A program made the position numbers and the translations under genes. This document shows, piece after piece, positions 48,271-61,440 of a stretch of DNA of 64,000 bases. Numbering within the stretch: the first letter of the stretch is position 1; each line of letters opens with the position of its first letter. This DNA is from Camelus dromedarius (Eukaryota): assembly GCF_036321535.1 (NCBI RefSeq), contig NC_087437.1, forward strand, positions 93,498,001 to 93,562,000. The letters run 5' to 3'. The notes beneath the pieces are model-generated. The model saw only the letters and a list, made by a program, of their open reading frames with translations, did no database searches and had not been told where the DNA came from.

Positions 48271-49157
48271 GTCATGATTTTAAGCCTTGTCTCTTTGTAA
48301 ATGCACAGTTGAAGACAATATTACACTAATTTAAAATTTAGTTAAAGCTTTGGATATTTCAAGATACCCAGTTATTTACTGACACATACTACAGATAAAC
48401 ATAACTATTTTATTTTTTTCTATTTTATCTGGGGAAAACAAATGTCATAGTAAACTATGACATTCTGTATTCGTATCAACTATATTCTGAAGCTTTTCTA
48501 TTGGTTGTTTCATTGAGAATGGTGATCAACTGTGAGAATGAGAAAAGCAAATTATTACTAAGTAGAGTTATAATTTTCATTGCTATTTCCTATTTTTTTG
48601 CCTCGTAGTCTATACAAATTTATACTTTTTATCATCTGAATTAAGAGAGCATATATAAGGGTACCTCAAACATTATTTCTTAGCTTCTCTTTCTTTATAT
48701 TTCTCTTACTGATCTACTGGCTGGGTCAGTTTTATACTGACCTACAGTATATTTCTGTTCAAATAGTTGAAATATATGTATTAACTATAGCATATGTTTT
48801 TATTTTCAATGCCTTTTAACTTCAAATGAAATTTTAACATAAAATCAATCACCATATATACTATGTTATCATTATATATCCATATATTGTATTTTAAGAT
48901 AAGGTATAAAATTGTATAAGTTTTCAAAATCTATTTAGAAAACAAAAACTGAATTATCAACATTTGATTATCTGAAAGAATATTTGTCATCTTAACAGGA
49001 ACATATTCTCAGTTGCTTTTTAGCATCTTTATGGAATGTGTTGGATTTTTTTTGTAAATACACAGTGTTAGAAGTATTAATAAAATGTGCTTCAGTTTTG
49101 AAAAGCACCTTGAGTATGTGTTGTCAGTTTTTTATATGTGAGGCATCAAATCATCAA

Positions 49158-49182
49158 ATGATAACGGAATTTCCGTTATCAT
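49158..49182. repeat. Perfect 12-bp-arm inverted repeat (1-nt spacer)
   Basis: atgataacggaa-t-ttccgttatcat. Confidence 0.95.
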
Positions 49183-50049
49183 CTAATCATAATATTCATC
49201 TTAGTGAAAATGGATAGTCAATGCTCAATTTAACATGGCTTTACAGCTGATCTCACATAAGAGTATTAGGGCATACTCCTAATTCTTCCTAAACTGAATA
49301 TTTATTTTTAGAGATTATTCATTAATAGCTGTAGAGAATACAACTTGTCTTTGGCAAAGTGTCATGACTGAAAGAATAGCATAAGTGAGAAGACTACTGA
49401 ATGTGTATTGTTCTCTTCTTCTGCCATTTACTTTATTCTTTAGGAAGTGAAATCATTAAAACATCATTTGCATTTCCCAGTTCAGATGCAAATTGTATGT
49501 TGGACATATGGTATGATAGCAAATTTGGCAGTTAGTAGAGAGTGAATGCTATGGATTTCAGCTTAAGTGCTTGAAATGTATGTGGAAGGTCAAATGATAT
49601 TCTATTTGGTTTTTGAAAAACAAGTGAATAGTACCATTTAGTAAAATCTAATCAGAGAATCTTCTAGGGAATAAAAATTATAAAAAGGTTATATAAATGT
49701 TTTCTTCCCTCTTCATGAAAATGGAAACCAATTCTTCACATATAAAATGTAAATAGCCACACAGTTTTTACTACTAATCTTAAAACTGCGTTTAGCAAGC
49801 AAAAGGAGGTTTTACAAATTTTTGTTAGAAAAATGTATTTCCTATATTAACAAATTGAAGGGTGGGTAGAAGTTTAATTTTGAATAAATTAGCTTAAAAT
49901 AAGTCATGGCTTAAAACTCTTTCTTACATATTAAGTAATATCAAGCTTTTTTAAGCTGGAAAATTAGTGAACCAGAGTCAAATTGAACATTTTTCAAATA
50001 ATAATTTTGTACAATTGTTTCCATTTCATATAATATGAGAGTGTGGATC

Positions 50050-50188
50050 CAATGGAATCACAAAACTGAATTTTACTGCTATAGAGTCTAAGAAATATAG
50101 TTTTCAGCTGTGTAACTGCCTCCTAAGCTTAAACTGATGTGAGATGGTGAGGAGCAGAATCAATTACTGAAAGAGAGAAGGAAAGGAA
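50050..50188 (+). repeat. 139-bp direct repeat, copy 2
   Basis: 130/139 identical to 47721-47859. Confidence 0.95.
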
Positions 50189-50804
50189 GCTTACAATTGA
50201 AATTCAAGTCGCTAGTTTTTCTGTGTTATGATTGCCTTGCTAAAGTGTCAGTGAAGTTTGCTACACATGCAGAGATCTTGAGTGAGAGTATGTGTGTATG
50301 TATGCAGGTGTGTGTTAGCTTATATATATATATATGGGAGTATCTGTGTATGTATTAAATAAAGAGGTTACATGATTCTTTTGCTTATATCCACTGAGAA
50401 AAATAAAATAAGAAAAAGATAATTTGTGCATTGAAGTAAGTTAACAGAAGCATGAACTTGAAGTTTTCAATGAGCTTGGAGGTTACCAATTGGCATAAGA
50501 CCCTTGGATTTCACAGAAATTTTAGGATGCTATGTGGACATTCACAAGCAAGAAATGGAAGCTTCAGCCAATTTTATCAAGATATTAATGGACATAGTGA
50601 CCTCAGATGACATACTGGTGTTTGACTAACCTATTCCGAAATGTACTTGTCTTGCTTTGTTTCCCTGCTCGTAATTTATTGATATCAAATCTCATAAAAC
50701 TATCAAAGGAAGTTCAGGCACACAAATACATGAGGTAACTTTTCATACATGAGAATAAAGCAACTTCATCTCATTATTCTTTTGAAGTGGTAGATACTTA
50801 TAGT

Positions 50805-51215
50805 TACACTGTCTCTCTAGATGCTATAACAAAGATTATAACCAGTTAGGGTTAGGTTATAACAAGATTTCAGGTATTAATGCAATAGTTTACTTCTTGC
50901 TTGCATATTACTGTGTACGTGGTGGGGATGTTTATGGTGATCATGGTGGTATATTGTCTCACATGGTCATTCAGAACCCCAGCTGATGGAACCATTGTCA
51001 TCTTCACTATTTATCTTCCAAGTTAATTTCCATGCAGCAGAAGTAGGAAGAATAGAATCATTAGTGAAATTTCTTATAGGCTATACTTAAAAGGGTCTGA
51101 CACTATCTACTCATCTTTTATTGGTTAGAACTGAGTTACAGACCATGTCTAACTGTGAAGGGGCAAAAATAGTTTAGCCTCGTTTAGTGTTCAGCAGAAA
51201 GAGAACAAATACAAC
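50805..51215 (-). mobile_element. MLT1J-like MaLR LTR
   Basis: gtttacttcttgct...gtcattcagaacccc.gctgatgga...attggttagaact...tctaactg. Confidence 0.7.
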
Positions 51216-51217
51216 CT

Positions 51218-52200
51218 AGACAACTCAGCAATGAAGACATACAGAGGGCAACTAAGCATCTGAAAAGATGGTCCACATCCTAGTCATTAAGGAAATGCAA
51301 ATTGAAATAACAATGAAATAGTACTACATACCCATTCAAATGCCTAAAATAAACACCGACAGCACCAAATGCTGAGGAGGACAGGGAACATCAGAAACTC
51401 TTAATTCATTGCTGGTGAGAGTACAAAATGCTGCAGACACTTTGGAAGGCAGTTTGGCAGTTCTGATGAAGCCAAATTAAACATACTTACCTTTAGATCC
51501 AGCAGTGGAGCTTCCAGGTGTTTACTCAAATGAGTTGAAAGCTTATGTTTACACAAAAGCCTGCACATGAATGTTTATAGCAGCTTTTTAAATAATTGTC
51601 AAAACTGAAAGCAAGAAAGCTGTTCTTCAGAAGGAGAAGGAATAAACAAACTGGTGCATCCATGGAATTCAGTATTATCCAGCACTTAAAAAAAAAGCTA
51701 TCAAGCCACAGTAAAACCCTGAAGGACACTTAAATGCATATTAATAAGTGAAAGAAACCACCCTGAAAGGGCTATAAGCTGTATGATTCCAATGTAACAT
51801 TCTGGAAACGGCAAAAGTTTAGAGAATAAAAAGATTAGTGGTTGCCAAGGGTTCAGGGGGAAGCAGGGAAGGATGAATAGGTGGAACACAGGGCATTGTT
51901 AGGATGGCAAAACTATTCTGTATGACACTCTAATAATGGATACATGGCATTATGCATTTGTCAAAACCCACAGATAGTACAACAGTGAACCCTAATGCCA
52001 GCTGTGTACTTTAATTAACAATAAACGTACCAATATTGGTTCATCCACTGTAACACACCTATTACACTAAAGCAAGATGTTATAAGGGAAACTGTATCGT
52101 GAGAGATAGGGGATGGATGGGAATTCTCTCTACTATCTATGCAATTTTTCTGTAACACTATAGCTTCTCTAAAAAAATAAAAGCTATAAAATTTTTTAAA
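51218..52200 (+). mobile_element. L1MC1/2-like ORF2 end and 3' UTR
   Basis: gtcattaaggaaatgcaaatt...caaatgagttgaaa...tgtcaaaacccacaga...gtgaaccctaatg...gcaatttttctgtaa. Confidence 0.9.
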
Positions 52201-52255
52201 AAATTTAAGACTGCCTGAGAATTTCTGACAATTTACTTACAGACGTTTCAAAACC

Positions 52256-52345
52256 TTATGTACGTTCGTATATGACTGAAGCATTATGCTGTACACTAGA
52301 AATTGACACATTGTAAACTGACTATACTTCAATAAATATATATAT
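52256..52345 (+). mobile_element. Short lineage-specific L1 3' tail
   Basis: tgactgaagcattatgctgtacactagaaattgacacattgtaaactgactatacttcaata. Confidence 0.8.
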
Positions 52346-53234
52346 ATATATTTTTAATTTATAAAAAGTTCAAAACATATAATTAAGGGAAAATTAACCT
52401 AGAATGTTAAACATGAAACATGATTATTTTGGGGGGTATGACTAGGAGAGGCATTAGGGCTGCTTTAGGGAGTGAAATGCTCCTTTTTTTGGTCTGAGTG
52501 ATAGTTACCACAATATATTCACTTTGTGAAATTTCACTGGGCTGTAAGCTTTTGTATGGTTATTTTCAATATGTATATTATACTTCACAATTAAGAAGTT
52601 TATTAAATAAAGCATTTGAACTTGAAAAAGAGAAAAAATGTGTTGAGAAAGAAGAGTCGATAACTAAAATAGGAGAGGAGATAGATTCCAGAAAATTCTT
52701 CTTGGAGTTTGAAACAAGAGGTCTCCCAGTTATGCTGAATGGGGAAAACTTTCTGGGAAATAAGTAAAAGCATAGAAAACCCATTCACAAGATCTTCAGC
52801 AGAAACTCCCTCATTCTATAAATCAGCTGTTCTAAGCAGCTCCTGTGTTGCTGGTAAATCCCCAGCAAATCTCCTACTTTAAGTGAAACTTTCATCACCC
52901 TTAAACTCTGTATCCTCTCAACTGTCTTTTATCTTCAACAGTGAAAAATAAAACAACATCAACAAAAAGGAAAATACAATTAAACAAACTAAACTGCTAT
53001 CAAGTAACGTGGACACCCTCTGGATTTCCTACTCAGGGATATTTGTGTGGGAGCGAGGATTACTTGGTAACTTAATAGGAAATAAGCCTGTCATAAACAA
53101 TTGACATTTCTTATGGTCTTAGAAATTTCTATGCAATAAGAATATATATTAAACGAATTTGGATCCTAACTCTCAATTATTTCAGTGAAGCTTCTAACCC
53201 AAGGACTTGGCTAGATTAATGAGTAGTCTTTGTG

Positions 53235-53358
53235 TGATGTTTCCATTAATTGAAACTCCTTTAGAGCCATGTCTAAATTATTCACAGATTTATCCTTGCA
53301 CCTAACACAGTACTTGAAACAGAGTAAGAAGTGGGTATATATTTGTTAAATAAGTAAA
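53235..53358 (+). mobile_element. L2 3' terminus
   Basis: gcacctaacacagtacttg...atatttgttaaataagt. Confidence 0.65.
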
Positions 53359-54699
53359 ATCTAGGTAGATTAGAGACTGTCCCCCAATTATATTCTCTTC
53401 TTGCTTTGAAATGTTCGTTCTAGGTTTTGAATGCTCTTGATACCGATTTTTGAGTAAGTGTCTAAGCATCAGCCTAGGCACACCCAGAACCTCTGTGTTC
53501 CGTGAGTTCCCTCCTGAAGGGAAACTGTGACTCTATGTTCTGATGACTGCACCAGTCACGGTCTAGATTAGCAGTAATTTCCCACTAGTTTTCATGTTGT
53601 GAATTAGACAAGGATTTAAAGAGTTAAAGCATCTTTTTTCCAGGTATACTGTGTAATGCATTTGCTATGCAAAGAAATTTTTGTGTAAAAGTAAAGAGGT
53701 AAATGATATGGTGTCTACTACAAATTAGTGAGTATCAATACTTTTCTGTTCCTTGCAGATATGCAAGAAGCCTGGAGAAACTATGATTCAGTCCTCTGGC
53801 TTTAAGTAGATTAATAAAATTAAATCAGAGTCTTTAATTTTGGCATAACTTCATTTGGTTGAGGGCATAAAGCATAATACTATCATGGGGATTATAAATT
53901 GCTTCATACCTCATATTTTCTTTGGTTTTGGGGCTATATAAACAAACTTGCCTTAAATTTCTTCAAATCAGATTATGAATATCTATAGAGGGCATGAATT
54001 CTGATGAAATAAGTTGTTTTATTAATTCCAGGAATAATTTTAAAATTAGTTGCTAAAAAGGAATAATTAAATAAAGTAATGAATGTAGTGACCAAACTGA
54101 ATGAAATACAATTTTTTAAATTGTGATATAATTGACATATAACATTATTTTAGTTCCAGGTGTACAACATAGCAACCCATTATATGTATATATGGCCAAA
54201 TGATCACCATATTCAATAATTCTAGTAAACATCCATCACCACAGATTTCATTTTCTTTTGATGAGAACTTTTAAAATCTACTCTTAGCAACTTCCAAACA
54301 TGCAGCACAGTAATGTTAGCTATAGTTACTATGCTTTGCATCACATCTCTGTGACATTTTAAGAACTTGATGTTTGTACCTTTTGACCACTTCCGCCTGT
54401 TTCACCCACCCCCTGCCTCTGGTAACTACCAGTTTGTTATCTGTATTTATTGAGTTCTGGTTTTCTGGGAGTTTTTTGTTTGTTTTTAGATTTCACATAT
54501 AAGTGAAATTACATAGAATTTGCTTTTCTCTGTCTGACTTATTTTACTTAGCATAATGCCTTCAAGATCCATTCATGTTAGAGCAAATAGTAGATTTCCT
54601 TCTTTTTATGGCTGAATAATATTCCATTGTGTACATATACACCGTATTTTCTTTATCCATTTATTCATTGATGGGGACTTAGGTTGTTTCCATGAATTA

Positions 54700-54905
54700 G
54701 ATGGAAGAAGGGGCCAAATAAGGGTAGGGGATTAAGAGGTATAAACTACTGTGTATATAATAAGCTATAAGTATATATTGTACAATACAGAGGATATAGC
54801 CAATATTTTATAACAACTACAAATGGAGTATAACCTTTAAAAATTGTCAATCACTGTACAACTGTAACTTACATAATATTGTACATAAACTATGCTTTAA
54901 TAAAC
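54700..54905 (+). mobile_element. Nested L1 3' fragment (opposite strand)
   Basis: gggtaggggattaagaggtataaactact...atagccaatattt...aaatggagtataacctttaaaaattg. Confidence 0.85.
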
Positions 54906-55043
54906 AAATTATGGTGCAATAAACATGGGGGTACAGATAATCTTTTCAAGTTACTGTTTTTGTTTCCTTTGAATAAATATCCAAAAGTGGAATTGCTGAA
55001 TCATATGGTAGTTCTTTTTTTAATATTTTGAGGAACCTCCATA

Positions 55044-55358
55044 TTTTTTCAATGTCTTTTCCCCAAATATTTTATTTAAATATTAAATTAAAAACCATAA
55101 TCCACTAATCATTTGGCATTCATTTTTCATGTTAACATAAGAAATGAAATAATTAATTAAATTATGGTAAAAAAAAAAAAAGTAAATCTAAACCAGATCT
55201 CATGGTACCTTCGCACAGGTTCCTAGACTCAGTCTGCAGAACACACTGTGGAGAAACCTATTAACACATGTGTCTTACACGATGGACACAACACAAAACA
55301 CAACAGACAGTGAGGAGAGAAATCTGCTAAGAGTAAAGTGCTTGTCACAGCTCTGAAG
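55044..55358 (-). pseudogene. Putative 5'-truncated retrocopy of an mRNA 3' UTR
   Basis: Non-L1 insert in L1; minus strand ends AATAAA (55076-55071), ~21 nt, then A6; degenerate TSD ccata..ttttc on both sides. Confidence 0.55.
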
Positions 55359-57574
55359 CCATACCATTTTCCTTAGTTTCTGCACTAATTTCTGTTCACA
55401 ACAAGAGTGCACAAGGGTTCCCTGTTCCCCACATCTTCACCAACATGTTATGTCTTTTCTTTTTGAAAATAGCCAGTCTGATAGGTGTGAGGTGATATCT
55501 CACTGTGATTTTGATTTGCATTTCCCTAATGATTACTGATGTTGAGCATCTTTTAATGTACCTGGCTATCTTATGTACCTGTATGTCTTCTTTGAAAAAA
55601 TTTCTATTCAAATCTTATGCCCATTTTTGATCATTTTTTTTCCTATTGAGTTGTATGTGTTCTTTATACATCTTGGATATTAACCCTTTATCTGCTATTA
55701 GCTTTGCAAATATTTTCTCCCATTGGTAGGTTGCCTTTATGTTTTGTTCATGGTTTCCTTTGCTTTGCAGAAGATTTTTAGTTTGATGTAGTCCCATTTG
55801 TTTACTTTTTCTTTTGATGCCTTTACATTTGGTATCAAATTTTTAAAAAATATCACTCATACCAATGTCAGAGAGCTTTTCACCTATTTTTTTTTCTAGG
55901 AGTTTTATAGTTTCAGGTTTTATGTTCAATTATGTTCAAGTATTTAATATTTTTTGAATTAATTTTTGTATATGGTCTAAGATAGTGCCCGAGTGTTATT
56001 ACTTTGCATATAGCTGTCCAGTTTTCAAAACAACATTTATTGAAGAGACGGTCCTTTCCACCATTATATATTCTTGTCTCCTTTGTCATAAATTAATTGA
56101 CTGTATATGCATGGGTTAATTTCTGAGCTCTCTATTCTGTTCCATTAATTTTTGTCTGTTTTTATGCTGTTACCTTACTATTTTGCTTACTATAGCTTTG
56201 TAATACAGTTTGAAATCAGGAAGTATGATGCCTTCAGCTTTGTTCTTCTTTTTCAAGATTGGTTTGGCTATTAATGGTCTTTTGTAGTTTTATACAAATT
56301 TTAGGATTGTTTTATTTCTGTGAAAAATGTCATTGGAATTGACAGCTATATAAAATGAGATATTTATCTTAATATATTGTTTAATTGAAATAGATATATT
56401 TATTTTAAACATATTGATTTAAGTGGCTTGTGAGTTGGGAAAGCATTGGTAAGATGATGCTATACAAAAATGAGAGTATTTGATTATATCCTTAAATTTT
56501 AAAATCAAATTGACTATATTTAACATATACCATAAAACAGAAATAGATGATACTCTCTAGGTGATGAGGCAAGTACAAATAAATTGGAGAACATTGGTAC
56601 TATTACATTTGTTTTCATCTTATTTGTTAATATCAGATAAACAAAAAGGTAAACATGAGCTTTTCATGTCCAGAAAAAAGTCTTTAAGTACTTTTGGATC
56701 TAAGAAATTGATACAGAATAACTTAAATGGGAATTATATTAGCAAAGGAAAATTCTGTGAACATTTTGTAATTCAGAAATTTCCCCCAAGTCTTGTTACT
56801 TTCTATGCTTTCAAAATTAAATCCTTATCTATTTGTGGGTCATAATTTTCATAAATTTCTCTTAAGTGTATATTCACATTATAGAGTATACCATATACAG
56901 TTAATAGAAATGTCAATATATTTAGCATTGTAGAAACTGATATTTGCAGAATGTTAGTAAATGAAGAGTTAGAAAAAGAAGAGAGTGTGGGAACATACAT
57001 AAAATTTAGATGTAAACAAGAAAGGAAACAAATTCATCTTTTATTGCTGTTGTGCTGATAGTAATATTATTACTTTTTGAGAATAATATTAAGAAAGTTT
57101 CTGCTGATTTTCTTGCTATTGTGTTATTGAATGTTTTTAAAGAGCCCTGTGTCTGGAAGTTAGCAGAGGATACAAAGTGTATCTATGCAGTGATGCTACT
57201 GGATTTTAACAACCATTCTAAAATTCGAATATTCAAATGACTGTTCCTTCTAAAAATGCATTTAAATGATGTTGCTATTTCTAGAGATGTATTTTTTGAA
57301 TTGCCTTCCAAATCTCTTACTCATTCTTTTGAACATCCTAAATGGTAGCAAATAATCATGCCTTGAGGGTTGATTTTAAATTAGGTTTAAAAAAAAAGAT
57401 GTCATTTTAAACATAGAGAATAAAGTAAGTTATCAAATAGGATAGTACAATGTGTGGTCAAAAAATAAGCTGTGAACGCATAGTTATGGGATTGTTTTTC
57501 TTCATTTGCCTTACAAATTGGTTCCAAATACAGCAGACTTTTTTTTTTTTAAAGTTTGCCAATGTTAGACACTT

Positions 57575-57720
57575 TGTAATAGCCTGTAATGAAAAATAAC
57601 ATGAAAGTAAATATATATATACACACACATATATATATACACATAACTAAATCACTTTGCTGTACAACAGAAATTAACACAACATTGCAAATTGACTATA
57701 CTTCAATTAAAAAATAAAGA
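57575..57720 (+). mobile_element. L1 3' tail (cetartiodactyl-type)
   Basis: ataactaaatcactttgctgtacaacagaaattaacacaacattgcaaattgactatacttcaatt. Confidence 0.85.
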
Positions 57721-59111
57721 AAATACACTTCAAAAATTTTCCAAATATGGCAGCAAACCTAGAATGAAATAGTTGGCCTCCAAAGGCAATCGTTTCAAAG
57801 GCCAAGGCTCATTTGTCATGTCAGTTCTGTTCTTGAATTTAAAATGTTCTTACCTAGAATTAAAATAGATATTTTACACAATTGAGAATATAAATTTCAT
57901 TTTTCTTCAAGTGAAAAACAATATCTTTATAGATTTACCTAAGGATGAGCTAGCTTTGTAAGATATTTTACACATCATATAAATAGTGAAGGTAAGACAT
58001 TCTTTATATCAAGCCTCCATTCTTTACATAATGACATCATTATTAAGTACCTGACTACTGGACAGTATATTAAGTGTTTGGTGTATATTAAATAGGAAAG
58101 AAATGCTAATGCTATCTGTGTTATTAGTGGAGCTTACATTTTAGTAAAGAAAGGCCAAAATTTTTTACATTAAAAAGAAAAAACAAAACAAGGTAAGCAG
58201 AATCAAGATGGGTGTGGCAAAAGACAGATAAAATTTTTAAATAAGTGATCCATGTAGGTTTCATTAACCAGGAGATAGGTGAGCAAAGACCTAAAGGAAG
58301 TGGTCAGAGTTTATAGAGGTATCTTTAGGAAGCCCATTCAAGGCAGATGAAACAGACAAAATGAGATTCCTAAGGCTGGAGCACACCTAACATATTAAGG
58401 AACAGAGCAAGAAGATTATTGTGGCTGCAGATGAATATAGGGATGGGGAAGTAATACAACCTAAGGATAGTTGGCTTCTCCCTTGCTTGAAGGGTGGTTT
58501 GAAGAAGTAGAGTGGTATGGCCTAATTTCTGTTTTAAGAGTATCACACTGTGTGCTGATTTGGGCATAGAGGTGGAAGGACAAGGTTAGAATCATTGAGA
58601 TCAGTCATCCGACTAAAAGATAATGGTGGCTCAGATGAAGGTGAAGGAGGTTATGAGAAATGTTCACCATAAATATAAATTTGTGAATCATCTGGCATTC
58701 TTACGGCATTAAAATACATGATAATGGGTAAGATCAGCAAGGGTAGGGGTATAGAGAGGAAAGTTGGCCCAGAACTTAGCCCAGTGGCACTAAAGACCCA
58801 GGCCTGAGATAAAGAAGATGAGGTGGCATCACCTTCATGAGTTGAAAAGTTAGTGATGAGTCAGTATGAGGCTATCAGGTAGAACCGTTGTCCTGGAAGC
58901 TAAGTTGGAAGAGTGTACCAAGCAGGACAGAGTGATTAACTCTGTGAAAGGGTGCTGAAGATGTATTTGTTTTTCCAAAGCATTCTTCCTGTATAGTCAT
59001 GTCTTTGTAGACATGATAACAGGGCTCCTTTACACTTAAAAAATCTCCATTTGGGTGATAAATTGTGTGATCACCAATAGGTGATCATCAATAGATAGAT
59101 CAAGTCTATGT

Positions 59112-59158
59112 AAATAATATAATTGAAGGAGCAAATTTAAAGGATTTGTGATGTTAAC
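59112..59158 (+). repeat. 47-bp direct repeat of 60354-60400
   Basis: 46/47 identical. Confidence 0.95.
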
Positions 59159-59642
59159 TGACCAGTAAATCTAACAATTTGAAGGCTATCGATGACATTG
59201 ACAAGAATAAATCAGTGGCCTACTGGGGCAAACACCTGCTTGGAAAGGTTTTTAAAAAAATTAGAGGCAATGGGTATAGATTATTTTTAAAACAGAATAA
59301 CTAATAACATGCCTATAATTTTACAAAGAGTGAATAATTGATGCTATAGGAGAGAAAAGGAGAAATTCTTGGAGAGATGTCTTTAAGAGCTAGAGAATAT
59401 TCCCAGAAGTATTAGCTTTATAAAGGAACATGGATAGTTCATCTGTAGAAAACAGAGGAAGACAGAGTATACGAAGCACATGCTGACAAGCATGTAATGA
59501 TGGTGTTCTATGGATGTTTGTTTCTGATTGCTTCCATTTTCTCAGTGAAGGTAAAAGCCAAGTCTTCCATTGGGTGAGTAAGTAGAGAAGGTATTATAGG
59601 TTTGAGGAGAGAGGGAGGATACAGTGGAAAATTGTCTGTTGG

Positions 59643-59847
59643 CACGGGGGTTGGCAATCTATGCTCTACAAGCCACCGGTCTATTTGAATTTTAACTTAA
59701 ATGTACCCTCATCCATTTGTTTACATATTGTGTATTGCTTCTTCAAGCTTCAATGGCAGAACTGAGTAATTACAACAGAATCTGTATGACCTGCAAGCCA
59801 AAAATATTTACTATCTGGCCCTTTAAAAAAACATTTAGCAACCTCTG
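59643..59847 (+). mobile_element. MER58A (hAT-Charlie MITE)
   Basis: ggggttggcaa...catttgtttacatattg...aatggcaga...aaaatatttactatctggccctt. Confidence 0.88.
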
Positions 59848-60959
59848 TCATAGAAAATTACAGGAGTGACTGGAAGAGACATATAATGTGAATACACAAC
59901 AGAATTGTGATGCATTTAAGAGTAACGTAAAAAATGTAAAGTGAAACCACACAAGTGGTTACAGCTATATTCATCCTCTTAGGTACAGGTGTGGAGCAGG
60001 TCCAGAATTGGATTAAACGTGGGTGTGGTTTGCCAAATGAGAACAGTCAAGAGGAAAAATAGAATCTAAGGTATATGTAAGGGAATGATTATAATGATTG
60101 ATTATTAAATTCAACTTCGTTATGGATATGAGAGAGAGCATACAAGGGGAGAGGAATGGTTCAAAAATTAATTCGTGATCTCAGTGGGATGAAAAAATTC
60201 TTGGAACTAGGTGCAGAAAAATTGGCTTGAAAGATGGGAGCTGGTGGTCATTCAGATGCATGGAAATAACTTTTTGAAGGAGATGGGACTATTGGTAATG
60301 ATAATTTCTAGGATATGACCATGGGGAGGAGAAGCTGAAGAAGGGTAAAAAAAAAATAATATAATTGAAGGAGCAGATTTAAAGGATTTGTGATGTTAAC
60401 ATATGGAAAGCATCATCAATGTGTTTATTTAAATTGCCAAAAAGTAAGAATGTCAGGAGCTTAAGTAATTAAGAAATGGGAGTAGGTTCACAAATATTAG
60501 CAACTGTGTGGAGAAGTTGATGACACAAAACTGGAGCTGAGGGGTTTTAGAAAGAAAGAAGGGAGACTGAACAAAAAGCCACAACAGAGGTTGTGGGAGA
60601 AAAAACTGCCAAGACTGAGGAGGAGAGCAGAGAAATCAGTGTCTTCAAGAGAGAATCAGGTTTCTACTAGAGCAAGAAAGTGAAGGGAAGAGTAGAAATG
60701 AGGTAGACCAAATGCACTGGATGTGCCCACACAACCAAAAGAAAAGATTTTTTTTTAAAGAATTCAGAAAATCAGGTATCCTTTTCCCTTATAAGGAGAA
60801 ATTTAAAATCAATTTAAGATTCTTGAGCGATTATAAACACACGTAATGACATCAATTTTGCAGAAGTGTAATGAATCTACAAATTCTTAATTGTTGATCC
60901 AATTTCTTTTGTCTTTTCATGAATGTTGAATTAATCAGGCAACTTATGAACTATTGATT

Positions 60960-61440
60960 CAACTTTTGAAACCATGTTTTAGGATGAAATTTGACAAACT
61001 AGAGTGCTTCAGAGTCAGAGGGGCTAGTTTGGCTAGTTATAATCTAGATCATATATATATATATGTATGTATGTATATGTATATATATATATGTTTGAAG
61101 AAGTCTAATTTATTTAGAGGGACATGGAAAAGATAGAGACATCATAGTCCCATAAAATATTTAAAGAATAACCATGTAGAGGTGGAGGTGACTTCTTATT
61201 CTATGCTTTTCAGGGAGGCAGGAATAGAATCAATTGGCAATTATGAGAAGATAATTATCTCATTATATGATAAAATATTTTATAACAATTACAGCTTGGC
61301 AAGGTAGGGCTGCATTAGGAGACCTGAAATGAAATCTTTACCATTTGAAGAATTTATTCAAAGTTTATCTGTAATGGATGTACAGAATTATATTTTGCAT
61401 TTTCCAAGTGTTTGAATACGTGATTCCTAAGAAACTTTTG
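60960..61440 (+). mobile_element. CR1/L3 LINE 3' remnant with (TA)n expansion
   Basis: ORF 60954 KPCFRMKFDKLECFR resembles the CR1 W.P.FK.DIDKLE.VQRRA motif; aaaatatttaaag...catgtaga. Confidence 0.6.

Larger units (their letters stand above)
54111..56342 (-). mobile_element. L1 (L1MA9-like) 3' UTR plus ORF2 C-terminus, with two nested insertions
   Basis: ORFs 55396-55611 (KRCSTSVIIREMQIK..RYHLTP) and 55615-55797 (WEKIFA...DKGLISK) are L1 ORF2 C-terminal motifs; the L1 resumes after each insert. Confidence 0.93.
58040..60720 (-). mobile_element. Long L2 LINE remnant
   Basis: ggagcttacattttagt, gagcaaagacctaaagga, gataatggtggctcaga, gatgacattgacaaga...cagtgg, tctgattgcttccattttctcagtgaag. Confidence 0.85.

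Noticed and set aside
47721..50188. LTR retrotransposon or CRISPR-like array defined by the 139-bp repeats
   Set aside because: Only two copies; no TG..CA, PBS, PPT or TSD; no internal coding; mammalian context
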